Below the pieces are notes generated by a model. The model saw only the letters and a program-made list of their open reading frames with translations. It did not search any database and was not told the origin of the DNA. 64,000 nt of DNA, from NCBI RefSeq assembly GCF_006345805.1, contig NC_042998.1, positions 172,298,001-172,362,000 on the forward strand, in the 5' to 3' direction. This document shows positions 25,722-38,053 of this stretch, piece by piece. A program made the translations under genes and the position numbers. This DNA is from Octopus sinensis. Lineage: Eukaryota. Position 1 is the stretch's first letter; each line of letters opens with the position of its first letter.

Positions 25722-26090
25722 TGGCTATGTGGTTAAGTAGTTTGCCTTCCAACCACATTGTTCCAGGTTCTGTCCCACTGTGTGACACGTTTGATAAGTG
25801 TCCTTTACTATAGCCCCAGGTGACCAAAGCATTGTGAGTAGATATGGTTGATGGGAACAGAAAGGAGTTAACTGTATGTTTGTCTGCCTGTCTTCTTGTC
25901 TTAATATTGCATGGTAGTTGTAAAATGAACTTCTGTGAGAACACATCCAACCACAGGGAAATATTACCTTTGTTGCAGAACCAGTGAGGGTGACAGGAAG
26001 GGCATCTGGTTGTTGAAGCTCTGTTTCCATAAATTTTATCTGATCCATGCAAGCATGGAAGAGTGAATGTTGGTTGTGATGAACATACTA
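25722..26090 (+). mobile_element. tRNA-headed SINE copy ending about 80 nt upstream of the 26169 exon
   Basis: Head tggctatgtggttaagtag...ggttctgtcccactg; tail gcatggaa...gaatgtt shared with the RTE 3' end. Confidence 0.7.
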
Positions 26091-26168
26091 AGATGAAATT
26101 TTTCTTTGCTGTTTTTAATTCAGTAAATTGCAAGCTTCTCATTGTTTTCTTTTTTCTCCTTTTTGCAG

Positions 26169-26225
26169 AGTGATGAGGAGTCCAATTCTGTATCAAAGGA
26201 AGAGAATGAAAGTGATGACAGCACA
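26169..26225 (+). CDS. PPP1R12A: Exon (SDEESNSVSKEENESDDST), phase 0 to 0; last long-form exon found in the window
   Basis: Long pyrimidine tract plus ttgcag acceptor; ACA|gtaagt donor. Resembles the MYPT1 DSDENEQEQQSD segment after T853. Confidence 0.92.
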
Positions 26226-27889
26226 GTAAGTCTAGTTGTTTTCTCACTTCAGTATTATTGTAGTAAAATAGTATCTAACATTTGTTGGTATGCGTGTATG
26301 GGATATTTCAACTAAGTGGGTTTCTTCATTTTTTTTTCTGAACTGGACTCTGGAAAACATCTTTGTATCTTGCGATAATTTTCATTGTTAAAATATAAGA
26401 TACTGATATTTTTACGTTTTGCAGTGATTAACCAAATGAAAATAGTCATGTTTAAATCCTTGGTTTATCAGGTCTGCTTCATTATCTTTTGTATTTTTAT
26501 AAAATATCTTAAGGAATGTTTGGCATAATCTGCTTGAGCCATCTCAAAGTGTTCGCCTCTTTGAATTTGTTTATTCCTATACCTTGTTTGCAGGTATTTT
26601 GTTCTTTATTTGTTCTTAGCTTTTATGATCAAAACTTGTTTTTTATCTTTTTTGTGTTATGTCACATCTTTGCTGATATGCTAAAATGTGATTTCATCTT
26701 AGGATGAACTTCTCAGATTTTTTGACATGTCAATAAGCCAAGAGAACTTCTGTGTTTGCTCAATGCTAAATATAGCTGCTAGATTTTCCTCAAATCACAT
26801 CATTAGTATCTTAGAAAAAAAGAGATGATGCATTGGAAAATGCTATCACTGATATACAATCTAAAATATAGGATGGTTATACCTGGAATGTCTTGATTTT
26901 GGCTGACCAGAATCAAAAATGCGAAAACCTGTTAAGTCAGTCCTTTGGTTCTTGGCCCTTTTTCTATGTATTACGCTCACCTCTGACTTAGATACTTCTT
27001 GGTTCCTATCAAACTGTCCAACCCATGCCACCATGGAGCATGGATATTAAATGATGATGATGATGATGATAATTCAGATTTTTTTTTTCTTTAAATGGTT
27101 AGAAAAAGAGCTATACATGATTTACCTACCAAACCTTACCCTGGGGTTGAAATTTGCAGGAGACACTAGATGGTTTTGTAACTTCAAGAGAAACTGTTAT
27201 GGAGGGAAGTAGCCAAAATATTACCAGCATAAGGTAACCATTGTGCACATGTGAGATATATAAATAGTTACACACACACACACACACATATATATGTATA
27301 TAAAATACACAAACGGTTGTGCCCCAGCATGGCTGCAGCTTTGAGCTGGAACTGAAAAAAATACCTTGAGAGGTTGGATCAACAAAAAAAATAGAAAAAA
27401 GAAACTATCCAGTGAGATAAATATCATTTAATGTACACAGTATTTAAATATGATCTACTTTAGTATGATAACTTGGCAGATTTATATAATGTGTGTCATA
27501 TCTCCTGAAAAATTGCTTGGAGACACAAGGCATATTGTTAAAATCTGCTGAATTATTGTGTTTCCATGCCATGAAAGCATTAGTAGCTAATATTTAAATA
27601 CTGAGTATATTAAATGATATATATTGGGTGAATTGAAAGGAAATTCCAGACATGGAAGCTAAACTTAGAATAAAGAGATTTTAAGGTAAACTTAGCAAAA
27701 ATTAAGATTTTCCTAAGTCGGAAAGAAAACAGGGTCCTTCTTCAGAGAAATGGCTTTGCTTGATATTCAGAAAAGTAGTGGGTATAAACTCCATACTCTG
27801 TATTAGCTATGGACACATGAGGTGTACTGGATTCACAGGCATGTATAAGCTTTGTATGTGTTATATGCACTGGAGCTGAGAACACTGGA

Positions 27890-28400
27890 AATAGATCCTC
27901 CTACAGCCTTGGATGGTTTACTATAGAGGTAGTTGCTTGTAAAGTACAATTACCAAGGTAGGAACAAGTTGTATCATTGCTGCTGGCAACAAAAGTCTTT
28001 TATTCAGAGTGAAGGGTAGATCATATGATGCTTGTATTAGAAGTGCAATACTGCATGGTTGTAAGACTTGGCATTTGAATGTAGAGGACTTGAAACTGGG
28101 AAGAAATGAAGTGAGCATGCTCCATTGGATGTGCAGTGTAAGTGTGCTTGAATAACATGATACAAACGTGTTGAATGAAGAAAAACTGGGCATAAGATGA
28201 ACCTGATGTACTGTTCAAGAAAGAAGACTGCATTGGTACAGTCATGTGATTGTGTATGGATGAAGATAGCTGTATGAAAAAGTGGATGGAAACTCAGGAA
28301 AACATGGGATAAAGTGGTGAGGGCAGATCTTAGGACCTTGAACTGCATAGAGATGATATGAGACTGGGATGATTGGTGATATATATTTCTTGAGAAGGCC
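27890..28400 (+). mobile_element. Degenerate RTE-clade LINE RT C-terminal fragment
   Basis: Broken frames give RVKGRSYDACIRSAILHG.KTW.L..EDL..L.RNEVSMLHWMC.V and LHWY.HV..MDEDSCMKK. Confidence 0.75.
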
Positions 28401-28469
28401 CATCCAGTCCACTGAAACTAAGTCTTGGAATCCCTTCATCTGATTTCTTCCTCAAGACACTTCTACTCG

Positions 28470-28712
28470 TTAGTCTTTCATCTGTTTTTCTCACTTTCTC
28501 TCTCAACTCTCCCTTTCTCTTTTAACCTTTCTTTCTTTCTCTTCCAATCTTTTTCCTCTCTCTCCACCTCCTCCTCTCCTCTCTCCCTCATTCCTCTCCC
28601 CCTCATATCCCTCTCTCTCATCCCGCTCTCTCTCTCTTATCCTTCTCTCTCACTCTTTGATCCTTCTCTTTCTCATTCTTCTCTCTCTTTCATTCTCCTC
28701 TCTATCTCTTTC
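28470..28712. repeat. CT-rich homopyrimidine low-complexity tract
   Basis: About 240 nt almost exclusively C/T, with scattered A. Confidence 0.9.
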
Positions 28713-29974
28713 ATCAGGCATGAGAGAGGGAGAGATGGAGGTCACAAGAATATCTGGGAGAGTGAGAGATGTGAAATGGGTGAGGGGATGACTATAATGA
28801 ATGAAGAACAAGTGTTATGGGTTAACTAAGGGAAATAGGGAAGACTAGGTGACAACTGTAGAGATTTGATAGGCTTCGGATAAGGGGTAGGATTGGCCAG
28901 TTATGACATGAGGTTATAAGAATGGAGGTAACTCTATAAAGGGACGTAACTCGAACTTAAGTTCGATTTTATATCAGACTAGTTATTAGTTCAAATAACC
29001 AAGACCATTGAAGGCAGTCCTCAGCATGACCACACTGGAACCAGTTACAAAAAACAAAACAACAAAAATCTCCCCAGATATTTGTAAAAATCATCTCATC
29101 TACACATTCACTGAATAGTATTTTGGAGAGTAATGTAAGTAATAGTCAGATGGTATTTTAGTAGAATAAGGTTTACGTCATGGCTTATTACTTCGTTTGA
29201 AAATTGCTATTTGGCTTGTTTGCATCATCACCACTATCATCAGTTTTACGCCCACTTTCATGTTAGTATGTGTTGGATAGGTTACAGTTCACATAAGTTT
29301 GTATTTGTAGCTGCTGCTCAACTTTCTTGACTCATTTGTGAAAACTTTACACTAATTACTAGATGCATTTTCATAGTACTAGCTTTAGGGAGGTAGCCTT
29401 GCATATAGTTCACCAGTAGATTGACTGTTGCAGATTCTGCTATAAAACCAGCAAAGAAGATAAGGTTGCCTTGTATACTGGAAAAAAAAAATGAATAGAA
29501 CTTAGTGGGGAATAGGAGCTGGAGCAAAAGCTGTAGAAAGGCCAGGGATGGCAGCATAAGCATGTAAATGTAGAGAGTACTCAACCTATGACGTGATACA
29601 TTTGCTCTTGTGACCTAGGAAGGGATATGAAGATGGAAGCAGTAGTGGTATGATATGGAAATGTGATCAAGAAAGATAGGGTAGAGGCAAGAGCAAACGA
29701 AGCTATAGGTGAGTGATAAGGTAGAGGCAAGAGCAAATTTTGGGTCACAGAGTTGAGAAGCAGAATAGCTGGTAGTACAATATGAAACTAAGTTATATTG
29801 TTCTAAAGTAGCTTCTTGCCTGTTGGTCTAAGGAGTGGTGAGGAAGTCAGTTGAGTGAAATGGATGGTGTGGTCATGATAGTTAAGATATGGAGGGCTAT
29901 GAGTGATGAGGAGGTAGAAGACAGGAAGGGGGATAACAATTTGTAGATGACAGGAGTGTGAAAATGCAAAGGGA

Positions 29975-30090
29975 GCAGCCACATGGTTCCAGGTTCAGTC
30001 TTACTGTGTACACTTGGGCAAGTGTTTGCTACCTCAGGTTGATCAAAGCCTTGTGAGTAGATTTGGTGGGCATGTGTGTGTCTGTGCAAC

Positions 30091-30129
<39 letters not shown>

Positions 30130-30335
30130 TATGTATCTGTGTTTGTACCCTACCACTGCTTGTAACCAGTGTTGGAGTGTTTACATCCCCCTGGCAAGTT
30201 TGGTAAAAGAAACTAATAGAATAAGTACCAGGTTTAAAAAATTATTATTGGAGGTGATTTGTAGACTAAAATTCTTCAAGGCAGTGCCCCAGTATGACCA
30301 CAGTCTAATGACTGAAACAAACGAAAAGATAAAAG
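29975..30335 (+). mobile_element. tRNA-headed SINE copy with internal (TA)/(CA) microsatellite
   Basis: cacatggttccaggttcagtc head; tail gcagtgccccagtatgaccacagtctaatgactgaaac. Confidence 0.75.
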
Positions 30336-30371
30336 GTGTGTGTGTGTATATATAAATAAATATAAAAAAAT

Positions 30372-31657
30372 CATGGGATCTTTTCCTTTTGATGGATGGA
30401 ATTTCTAGTTAACTAAACAATTTGAAACTTCGTATACTGGTAGAATGTGTCAAAAGAAAACATTATTTTCACTTGGCTTTTTTGAGAAAATTGTAATTTG
30501 TAAGTTTAACGTAGTTTAATTCTTCGAATTTTAACCAATGAATTGCCAGCATTTGAGCTCAAATCATTTGCTGCGTTATCGATATTGATAAACAAACGAG
30601 GAGACGCACGCCACATACAGACACACACACACACTCACATATATTCAGATACATACACACGTACACTTGCACACACACACACACACACTCTGTCACTCTC
30701 TCAAACACATGCATATATATTTGCACAAGCACATAGTAATTAATATATAAGCGTACACACACATACAAACGGAGATATACATACACACACATACGCGCGC
30801 ACACACACACATCCGTGTTATTCATCCTTCTCTCTTCTGTCTGTCTCCGCACTTGCTGCGTTATCGATATTGATAAACAAACGAGGAGGCTAGAAATAAC
30901 AGCCATATCTCTTAAATTGATGAATTTCATCGCCCAATAAAAATATTAACGATTTTTTACCAAAAAGGCTTCTCCCATGGTTTTGAAGGGCCAAAATGTA
31001 TGCCCCAGCTTGTCGGAGGCTCTGATATAAATTGGGAAAAAAATCCTCGGCACCATTGCATAATTGGTACTTAATTTATCGACCCCGAAACGATGAAACA
31101 TTGACCCCCCCCCCATCATTTCTGGTTTATTTACCTTTTGTGCAAATTTGTTCCGGCAAGGGGCAAAACACAGAGGGGACAAAGCATGAGATACAAAAGT
31201 ATTAAGTCGATTCTATCGACACCAGTGCGAACTCACGAACGTGTATGTATGCTTGTGTGTGTATGTATATCTCCTTTTGTATGTGTGTGTACGCTTATAT
31301 ATTAATTACTATGTGCTTGTGCAAATGTATATGCATGTGTTTGAGAGAGAGACAGAGAGTGACAGTGTGTGTGCAAGTGTACATGTGTATGTATCTGAAT
31401 ATGTGTGTGTGTGTATGCGGCGTGCATCTCCTCGTTTGTTTATCGATAATGTAGCAAATGATTTGAGCTCAAATGCTGGCAATTCATTGGTTAAAATTCA
31501 AAGAATTAAACTACGTTAAACTTAAAATTTACAAATTTATCAAAAAAGCCAAGTGAAAATAATGTTTTCTTTTGACACATTCTACCAGTATACGAAGTTT
31601 CAAATTGTTTAGTTAATTAGAAATTCCATCCATCAAATGGAAAAGATCCAAATCATG
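30372..31657. mobile_element. Non-autonomous DNA element of about 1.29 kb with very long (about 420-440 bp) terminal inverted repeats
   Basis: 30372-30808 is the reverse complement of 31237-31657, including gaaacttcgtatactggtagaatgtgtcaaaagaaaacattattttcacttggc and the microsatellite-like portion. Confidence 0.88.
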
Positions 31658-33012
31658 TCTTCTAGTCACAATACAGTAATCCCTTGACTATCACAAGCGT
31701 TACGTTCCAAATCCCTCTGCAATAGGTGAAAATCCGCAAAGTAGAAACAGTACTATTTTGTGTATTTTTATTTTTATAATTTATATATATTTATTTTATA
31801 ATAAATGCAAACCAACACCTTGGAGGAATTGACATAAGCTTAAATAACAAACCTCAATAGGTGAACCGCTATATGGTGAGGGAATTTTGTACTTGTTTAG
31901 AATCCTTGTTTTGTCATGGGTGGACAAGTCTTGTGCAGTGCTGCAGAATATTACTATTCTTTGTCAAGCCTCTACTTGAAATGTGGCCTTCACCACTTTA
32001 TTTCAAGCCTTCTTTGGTCTCCTTTTCCCTCATGTTCCATTAACATGGAGTGCTTGGCACACCTGTTCAATAGTTTACTGCCATATGCATCACAACCACA
32101 TACCAACAAAACTCCCTCTCCACAAGCAAAGGTAAAATGTAATTCTATGAGAAAGAATATTTAACTCTCTAATTAAATCCATTTACATTGTGTAATTTAG
32201 TTACGAAAATTCCTTTGACATGAAATGATTCTACTTATTTCTCACCTTCTGTGCAGTTTATCAAATTTCACTCATGAAGCATTCATTGCTCAACCAGGAA
32301 CAATAGAAGACACTTGCCCAATGTATGTGTGTGTTTGTGTGTGTGTTGACACATACACAGTAACACACTTGTGTGTGTGTGTGTGAATGTATTTGAAATC
32401 TACTGTACAATTCATTTAGTCACAATTTACCATACGTATCTGCCTGCATTTGTTAAACACCATATTAGAATAATTTCACTGAAAATTATCTCTGTAGTTT
32501 GTCAGTTTAGTAAATTAGATATTTTTATGTATAATGATTTTTCTTTTATCAGTGTAGAATATATTTTGGTAAAATTTTTCAGTGTCAGTTTTTCAGTCTT
32601 ATTAAATGTTGTCTCATATTTACCCTCCCCCACTCCACCTGTCCTCATTGTGACTCAGAATACATAAACTTCACTGATTATTCTTCAGTGATTCCTTTGA
32701 TTAATCATAAATCTTTAATTTAATGATAACTGTAATAATATTAATAGCAACTTTGTTTTTGAACTCTAAATTGAACCTTTTCAGTTAACACAAAATTTTA
32801 GAATTCTTCCTTCCCAAATAGCTTTTGATTAGAACTAAGTTTTTGTAGAAAATAGCCTTTTCTTTGGATAATTGGTACTACAGAGGAAGTAGTGTATATT
32901 CATTATGTTATCAAGCAATTATCAAAATTAGTCGTTCTCAAACTCTTTATCTAAGATTAAGAACTATCCTTTTATTAATGCTTTCTACTATAGGCACAAG
33001 GCCTGAAATTTG

Positions 33013-33198
33013 TGGGGAGGAGATTATTGGTTACATTGGCTCCAGTACGTAACCGGTACTCGTTTCATCGCCCCCCCCCCCAAAAAAAAAAGATGAAAGG
33101 TAATGTTGACCTTGGCGGAATTTGAACGCAGAACGTAAAGATGGATGAAATAGCTCTAAGCATTTTGCCCGGTGTGCTAATGATTCTGCCAGCTCACC
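33013..33198 (-). mobile_element. Second tRNA-derived SINE family copy
   Basis: Minus strand reads ggtgagctggcagaatc...gttcaaattccgcc (A/B-box-like) followed by cctttcatc. Confidence 0.7.
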
Positions 33199-33384
33199 AC
33201 TTTTATCCTTTTATTAATGAAAAAGCTCCAGATAATATTATCAAAAGTTTTCATGTAAAACTTTCTTGGAGATAAGAAAAGTGACACTATGTGAATGTGA
33301 TTGATGGATGATGATGGTGGTGGTGGAATGATGTTGCTGCCAAAGGTGTCTGTGTGGCTAGTGGTATTAGTATGTTGGGTTTGT

Positions 33385-33560
33385 ATCATCATTTAATGTC
33401 CATATTCCATGCTGGCATGGATTGGCTAGCTGGACAGGATCCAGTGTATCCACGGACTGCTTCATACTCCTTTGTGGCATGATTTCTATGATTGGATGCC
33501 CTTTCTTTAATACCAAGCATTTCACTGCTTGTACTGTGTACATTTTCATGGCATCAGCAC
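33385..33560 (-). mobile_element. Degenerate RTE 3'-end / short retroposon copy
   Basis: atcatcatttaatgtcc...ccatgctggcatgg...ggatgcccttt matches the family at 40263. Confidence 0.7.
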
Positions 33561-34900
33561 TATTGCAAAAACTATGAAGCCTGAGAGATGGGTGAGGCAG
33601 TAAATATAATGAAGGAAGATGTAGGGGAAGTAGAGAAGTATAGGTGACAACCATTGAGATTGGATAGAGATAAGGAGTGGATGGATATAATGAATGGTGG
33701 ATAAGGTGGGGATGACCAATGATGCTTGGGGGTGTAGAGTAGCTGAATAACTATGATACAGTAAACAGGGAAGGGACAAGAGAGAGGGAGAGCATGAGCG
33801 AATGATGGAGGGAGATGAGTGGTTGAGTAGGTTGCAAGCATGTGGAAGAAGAAGAGGGAGGTAGATGTGGTGGTGAAGATGGTGATGTAGCTCAAGAATG
33901 GAAGTGTAAGGTCAGTGCCAGGGGTATATATCAAGTGAAATGGTTCCGGGGGGGGGGGGGTAATTAGAAAAATTAGTATTATCAAGGAAAAGCTGTTGTT
34001 AGATGAAGGGTGGGGGTGGGTGTCTGGATGAAGAAACTGAGCAAAATGCCCAGTTGTGCATGCACACACACCTTACAGAACTCAGTTTTACTGAGCAGGG
34101 TGGTCTTCTTGAGAACCCACATATCACCAGCCATTGCAGTTGCTTGTCATTTCCTCCATAAAGTTGAAGGTTTGAGATCAGCGTCATCACTATATACCAT
34201 CATAATTTAACATACATGTTTCATGAACAAGATCTTATGGCCCCAATGACTGCATTGTACACCAGTGTTTCTTTGACAAAATTTCTATTCTTCCTGATAC
34301 CAGCCACTTTACAGCATGTACTTGGTGCTTTTTTTCCATGCCATCAACACTTGTAAGGTTGCCATGGAGGTTACAAGACTATAAATCCTTATTGGAGAGA
34401 GAGGGAACTCAATGTTAGGAGAATAAGTAGAGAGAAGAGTATGAAAGAGCTGGAGCAGAATGGGGTTTCTTTTTAGAAGATTGGGTGGGTGTGGATTTGA
34501 AAAGTGATGAGGGTGTTCATGGACCTTCAGTGTATGAGGTAAGATTGAATGGGACAGGAGGTAACGGGAGTGTGTGGATGCAGTATGGAATGTCTGATAG
34601 TGCAGGTGGGGGGCAGCAAAAATAGAAATACAATAAACAGGGGGACATGTCATGCTTGTAAGTAGATTGCTGGTGGGGGGGGGGTTGTGTGTGATGAGGG
34701 TAAGATGTATGGTTGTAAAGGAAGGATAATTTGGTGGTACAGTGGAGGAGGGTGATCAATGGAAATATGGATATAGATCAGTATTAATGGATAACTAGTG
34801 AGGAGGTTCTAGAAAGAAAAAAGTGATATCAAGGAAGAACTGCAATTAGAAAGGTGATGATTAGTGGTGAGGGGGTTTATCTTAAAGAGGTAGGAAATTG
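33561..34900 (-). mobile_element. Highly degenerate LINE remnant (CR1/Jockey-like C-terminus), purine-rich on the + strand
   Basis: Strong strand skew. Minus fragments such as HDMSPCLLYFYFCCPPPALSDI loosely recall the RRDVASLSLFYRYF..CS.ELS motif. Weak. Confidence 0.3.
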
Positions 34901-36614
34901 GTTAGAAGGCCTAGTAGTGTGTGCACGCACACACACACACACACAGAGTTCTGCTGGAACAGTTTTGTCACTGTGAGCAGGGTAAAGAAAACAGTTGGAG
35001 CCCTGGGGCACTATATGTATGCATGTATTATGTATGTATACATGCATGCAATCACACATACATATATATATGTACTAGCAGTATCGCTCGGGTTTGTTTC
35101 GACCCTTTAGAATTGGAATTTTTAAGAAGTAAAAATTTTGCATTGTGTAGCTTGTTATTCTCTTTAAGTGAACATTTTTCTGGTTGAAATACATTGAAAA
35201 ATGGTGACACAGCAGTCAAAAAATTGTAAAAAATAGGGATTTTCATAGAAAAAAAATCACCTTTTTGATGTAAATAATTTTTGGTCTTAACATGGTCCAA
35301 TTTGAATTTTATCTTCTACGGAATGAAGAGCAAGCCTTCATCTATCATACTCTCAATTTTGGTCAACTTGCGCCACAGGGTCTCAGAGGAGTTAGTGTTA
35401 TTTGAAGGCTACCAAACCTGCCACACACAGACAACTTCAGCTTTATATATGTGTGCATTTATATATGTTTGTGTATATGTTTGGGCAAGAGGCATATTTG
35501 TGTTTCCCTCTCAACCATGTTTTTGGGCACATTAAGCAAGTGCCTTCTGATGTAGTCTTAGTCTGACCAAATTCTTGTGAGTGCATTTGGTAGATGGCAA
35601 CTGAAAGATTATTTTCAGTGTTTGTGTGAGGGTATTTCCCTTGTCTATACATGTGATTGTAAACAGTGACTTCACCTATGGTGTCATTTTCTTGCAGTCC
35701 ACTGTGAAAGTATATTTAGGCTTCTTAACATGTGTAATTTTTGTAAACAATTGGCTTGTTCAAATGGTGTTTTGTTTCCTGTTCACTTTATAATCATGTC
35801 TGTGTTGTTTGTTGTTTTGATGAGCTGAGAAATTATTACCTCACTTGGAAACAAGTAGAGGTTGGCAACAGGTTGAGCATCTAGCCATAGTAAACTCTGC
35901 GCTAGCATACTCTTGTCTGACTATTGCAAGTGTGGAAAAATAGATGTTGAAGCAGTAATGATATGTATTCACACACATACACTCAGATAATGTTATCAAA
36001 GTATTTATTTAAAATGAATCAAGGTATTTATTTAAAATGAATCAAAGCTCCAAATATTGTATCAGCCTGTTATTCTTATCAAGCCTTTTGCTTCATTCCT
36101 GAAAGTGTGGCTTCCATTTGTTGTTGTTTTTTTTTTATTTTTTATTTTAGCAATTAATTGAAAATACTGCATTTAGTTATCTCATTTAATGCATCAGTTG
36201 AACAGAGACTAAATTTAGTGTGGGTAAGGGAAGAAAGTACTTAAATAATTTCTGCCTGTTTTTAAGTATGACAAGTTTAATCTAGTAATGGAGTAAAACA
36301 ATTCATGTTGGACTACTTGTTGAGTACAAAGTGAATCATCACTAATGTCAGTGTTTGTGTGCTGTTGGCAGTGTAGCTTATTTCTTCGTTTTGAAAAATT
36401 CTCTTCAAATTTAGCCTTGTCTGCTCACACTTGCCCATGTGTTCTGTGGCCAGAAATAGGAAGACCAATTCATAACTTCTACTGATTGTTTTCACTGATT
36501 GTAGTAGTAGAGCTAACAATTTACCATGATAAATATTTTGTTTACTTTTTTTTAAGTGGTTATTTTCTGTTTTTATTTTTTCCCCCCACCTCTTTCCTTT
36601 CTTTTCTCTCTCAC

Positions 36615-36769
36615 TCATTCACTCACCAGTTGCAGAATACTAAAAATAGATTAATCCTTGGAAAGGAAGGTGTGTTAGACAAGCTGAGCCTTTTCAGCAG
36701 GAAGCATATGTGTTGCCTGAAACAGCAGTCATGAATTTTGCTTCTCACTCCCCTTTCCAAAATTATAAA
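36615..36769 (+). promoter_or_regulatory. Candidate internal promoter motifs: Inr-like TCATTC (36615-36620), E-box CAGTTG (36627-36632), MEF2 consensus CTAAAAATAG (36640-36649), E-box CATATG (36705-36710), TATAAA (36764-36769)
   Basis: Motifs read directly, 340-490 nt upstream of the 37105 ATG, in a stretch without recognisable repeats. Short AT-rich motifs arise often by chance here. Confidence 0.3.
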
Positions 36770-37104
36770 CTTTAAAGAACTTCCTTCTAAATTTTCTTTT
36801 TCAATGTTTATATTACTATCTCTCTAATATCTCCTTGATTGCCTGCTACTCTATCTTGTTCTTAGCTTCTTATTTGTCTGAACTGATAGAATAACTATTA
36901 TATCTTAAGCAGCTACTGGAAATTCCCCTGCTGCTGCTGTGGGCGTTATTCTAACTTTGGCCCAGACACAGAGCTCAAACAAGCAGCAGTAACATATTGG
37001 ACACAGCCACAACAACTTTACCATAACTGATAATTTATTTTATGAAAACAGTTATCTCACTGCTGTCTCTATCTATCTATCTAATAATAATAATATAATT
37101 CATT

Positions 37105-37308
37105 ATGTCATATGGATCCTATCGCTATGGATTGCCGACATCATCTTTAGGGGCTAATTCTGGGTCCTCCATTCTTGCGAAAAATGGAAATAACTATCTT
37201 GGTTCTTCACTTGGTTCCGGTTATTCCTCTCGGTCTAGTTCAACAAGCAGTCTTTCAAGTTTAAGTGGATCCACTGGTGGTATTTACCCAGGCTCTTTAG
37301 GATCACTG
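37105..37308 (+). CDS. Putative alternative first coding exon (MSYGSYRYGLPTSSLG...IYPGSLGSL) of a short C-terminal MYPT isoform
   Basis: ATG with in-frame TAA at 37096-37098 and no AG in between; 68 open codons; donor CTG|gtatgt in phase 0, the same phase as the 26225 donor. The link to the MYPT gene is inferred. Confidence 0.7.
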
Positions 37309-37626
37309 GTATGTAACTGTTCTTATGATTGGCTGACTTTTTTTTTTTTTTTTTTTTTTTTGCTGCATATATATACCAGCTGATTTATGTACTGAAACCT
37401 TTAACTTTTACATAATGGTTATTGTATATAAGTTTTCATTGGTATCTTCATTAAAATATTTCTTCTGTTTACTACTTTACCTGCTTCTTTTTATGTTTAA
37501 TTCCTCTGAATGGAAGAAAAGTGTAGAAGACATTTGATATTATTAAATATTTATGTTACATGTAATAAGTTAAAGCTGACTGTAAAGTGAAATGCAAACC
37601 TGCAATGTGTGAAGTGGATATTATCT

Positions 37627-37704
37627 TAATACTGTTTGGAAAATACATGCAATAGATAACAACAATAATACTGTTTGGAAAATACATGCAATAGATAACA
37701 ACAA
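37627..37704. repeat. Perfect 39-bp tandem duplication
   Basis: taatactgtttggaaaatacatgcaatagataacaacaa occurs twice in succession. Confidence 0.95.
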
Positions 37705-38000
37705 TAGATAACAAAATAATTTTTAGAGGCTTTGATTTATCAATATTTTATGCTAATATTTGGTTGAAATTATTGTTTTTATAGATATTTTGTGACAGAC
37801 TAATACATATTTCTATTCTTATTTGTTTTACTCTTTTTTCATTTAATTTTCTGAAGAAAAAAAAAACTTGGTCTTGAAGCATCTAAGACATTTCAATTTT
37901 CTTTATTTTTCATTGAGCATCATATTAATTACTCCTTTCTTTTACTTTCTTCTATGTTAGTCTCTGTGTTAGTTTGAAAACACACACACACATACATACA

Positions 38001-38038
<38 letters not shown>

Positions 38039-38053
38039 AAAAGAGAGAGAGAA

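Noticed and set aside
32659-32667. Alternative terminal exon (cag|AAT ACA TAA) truncating MYPT before the coiled coil
   Set aside because: It has a good pyrimidine tract and the right phase, but I saw no AATAAA in the next few hundred nt, and three codons cannot be told from chance.
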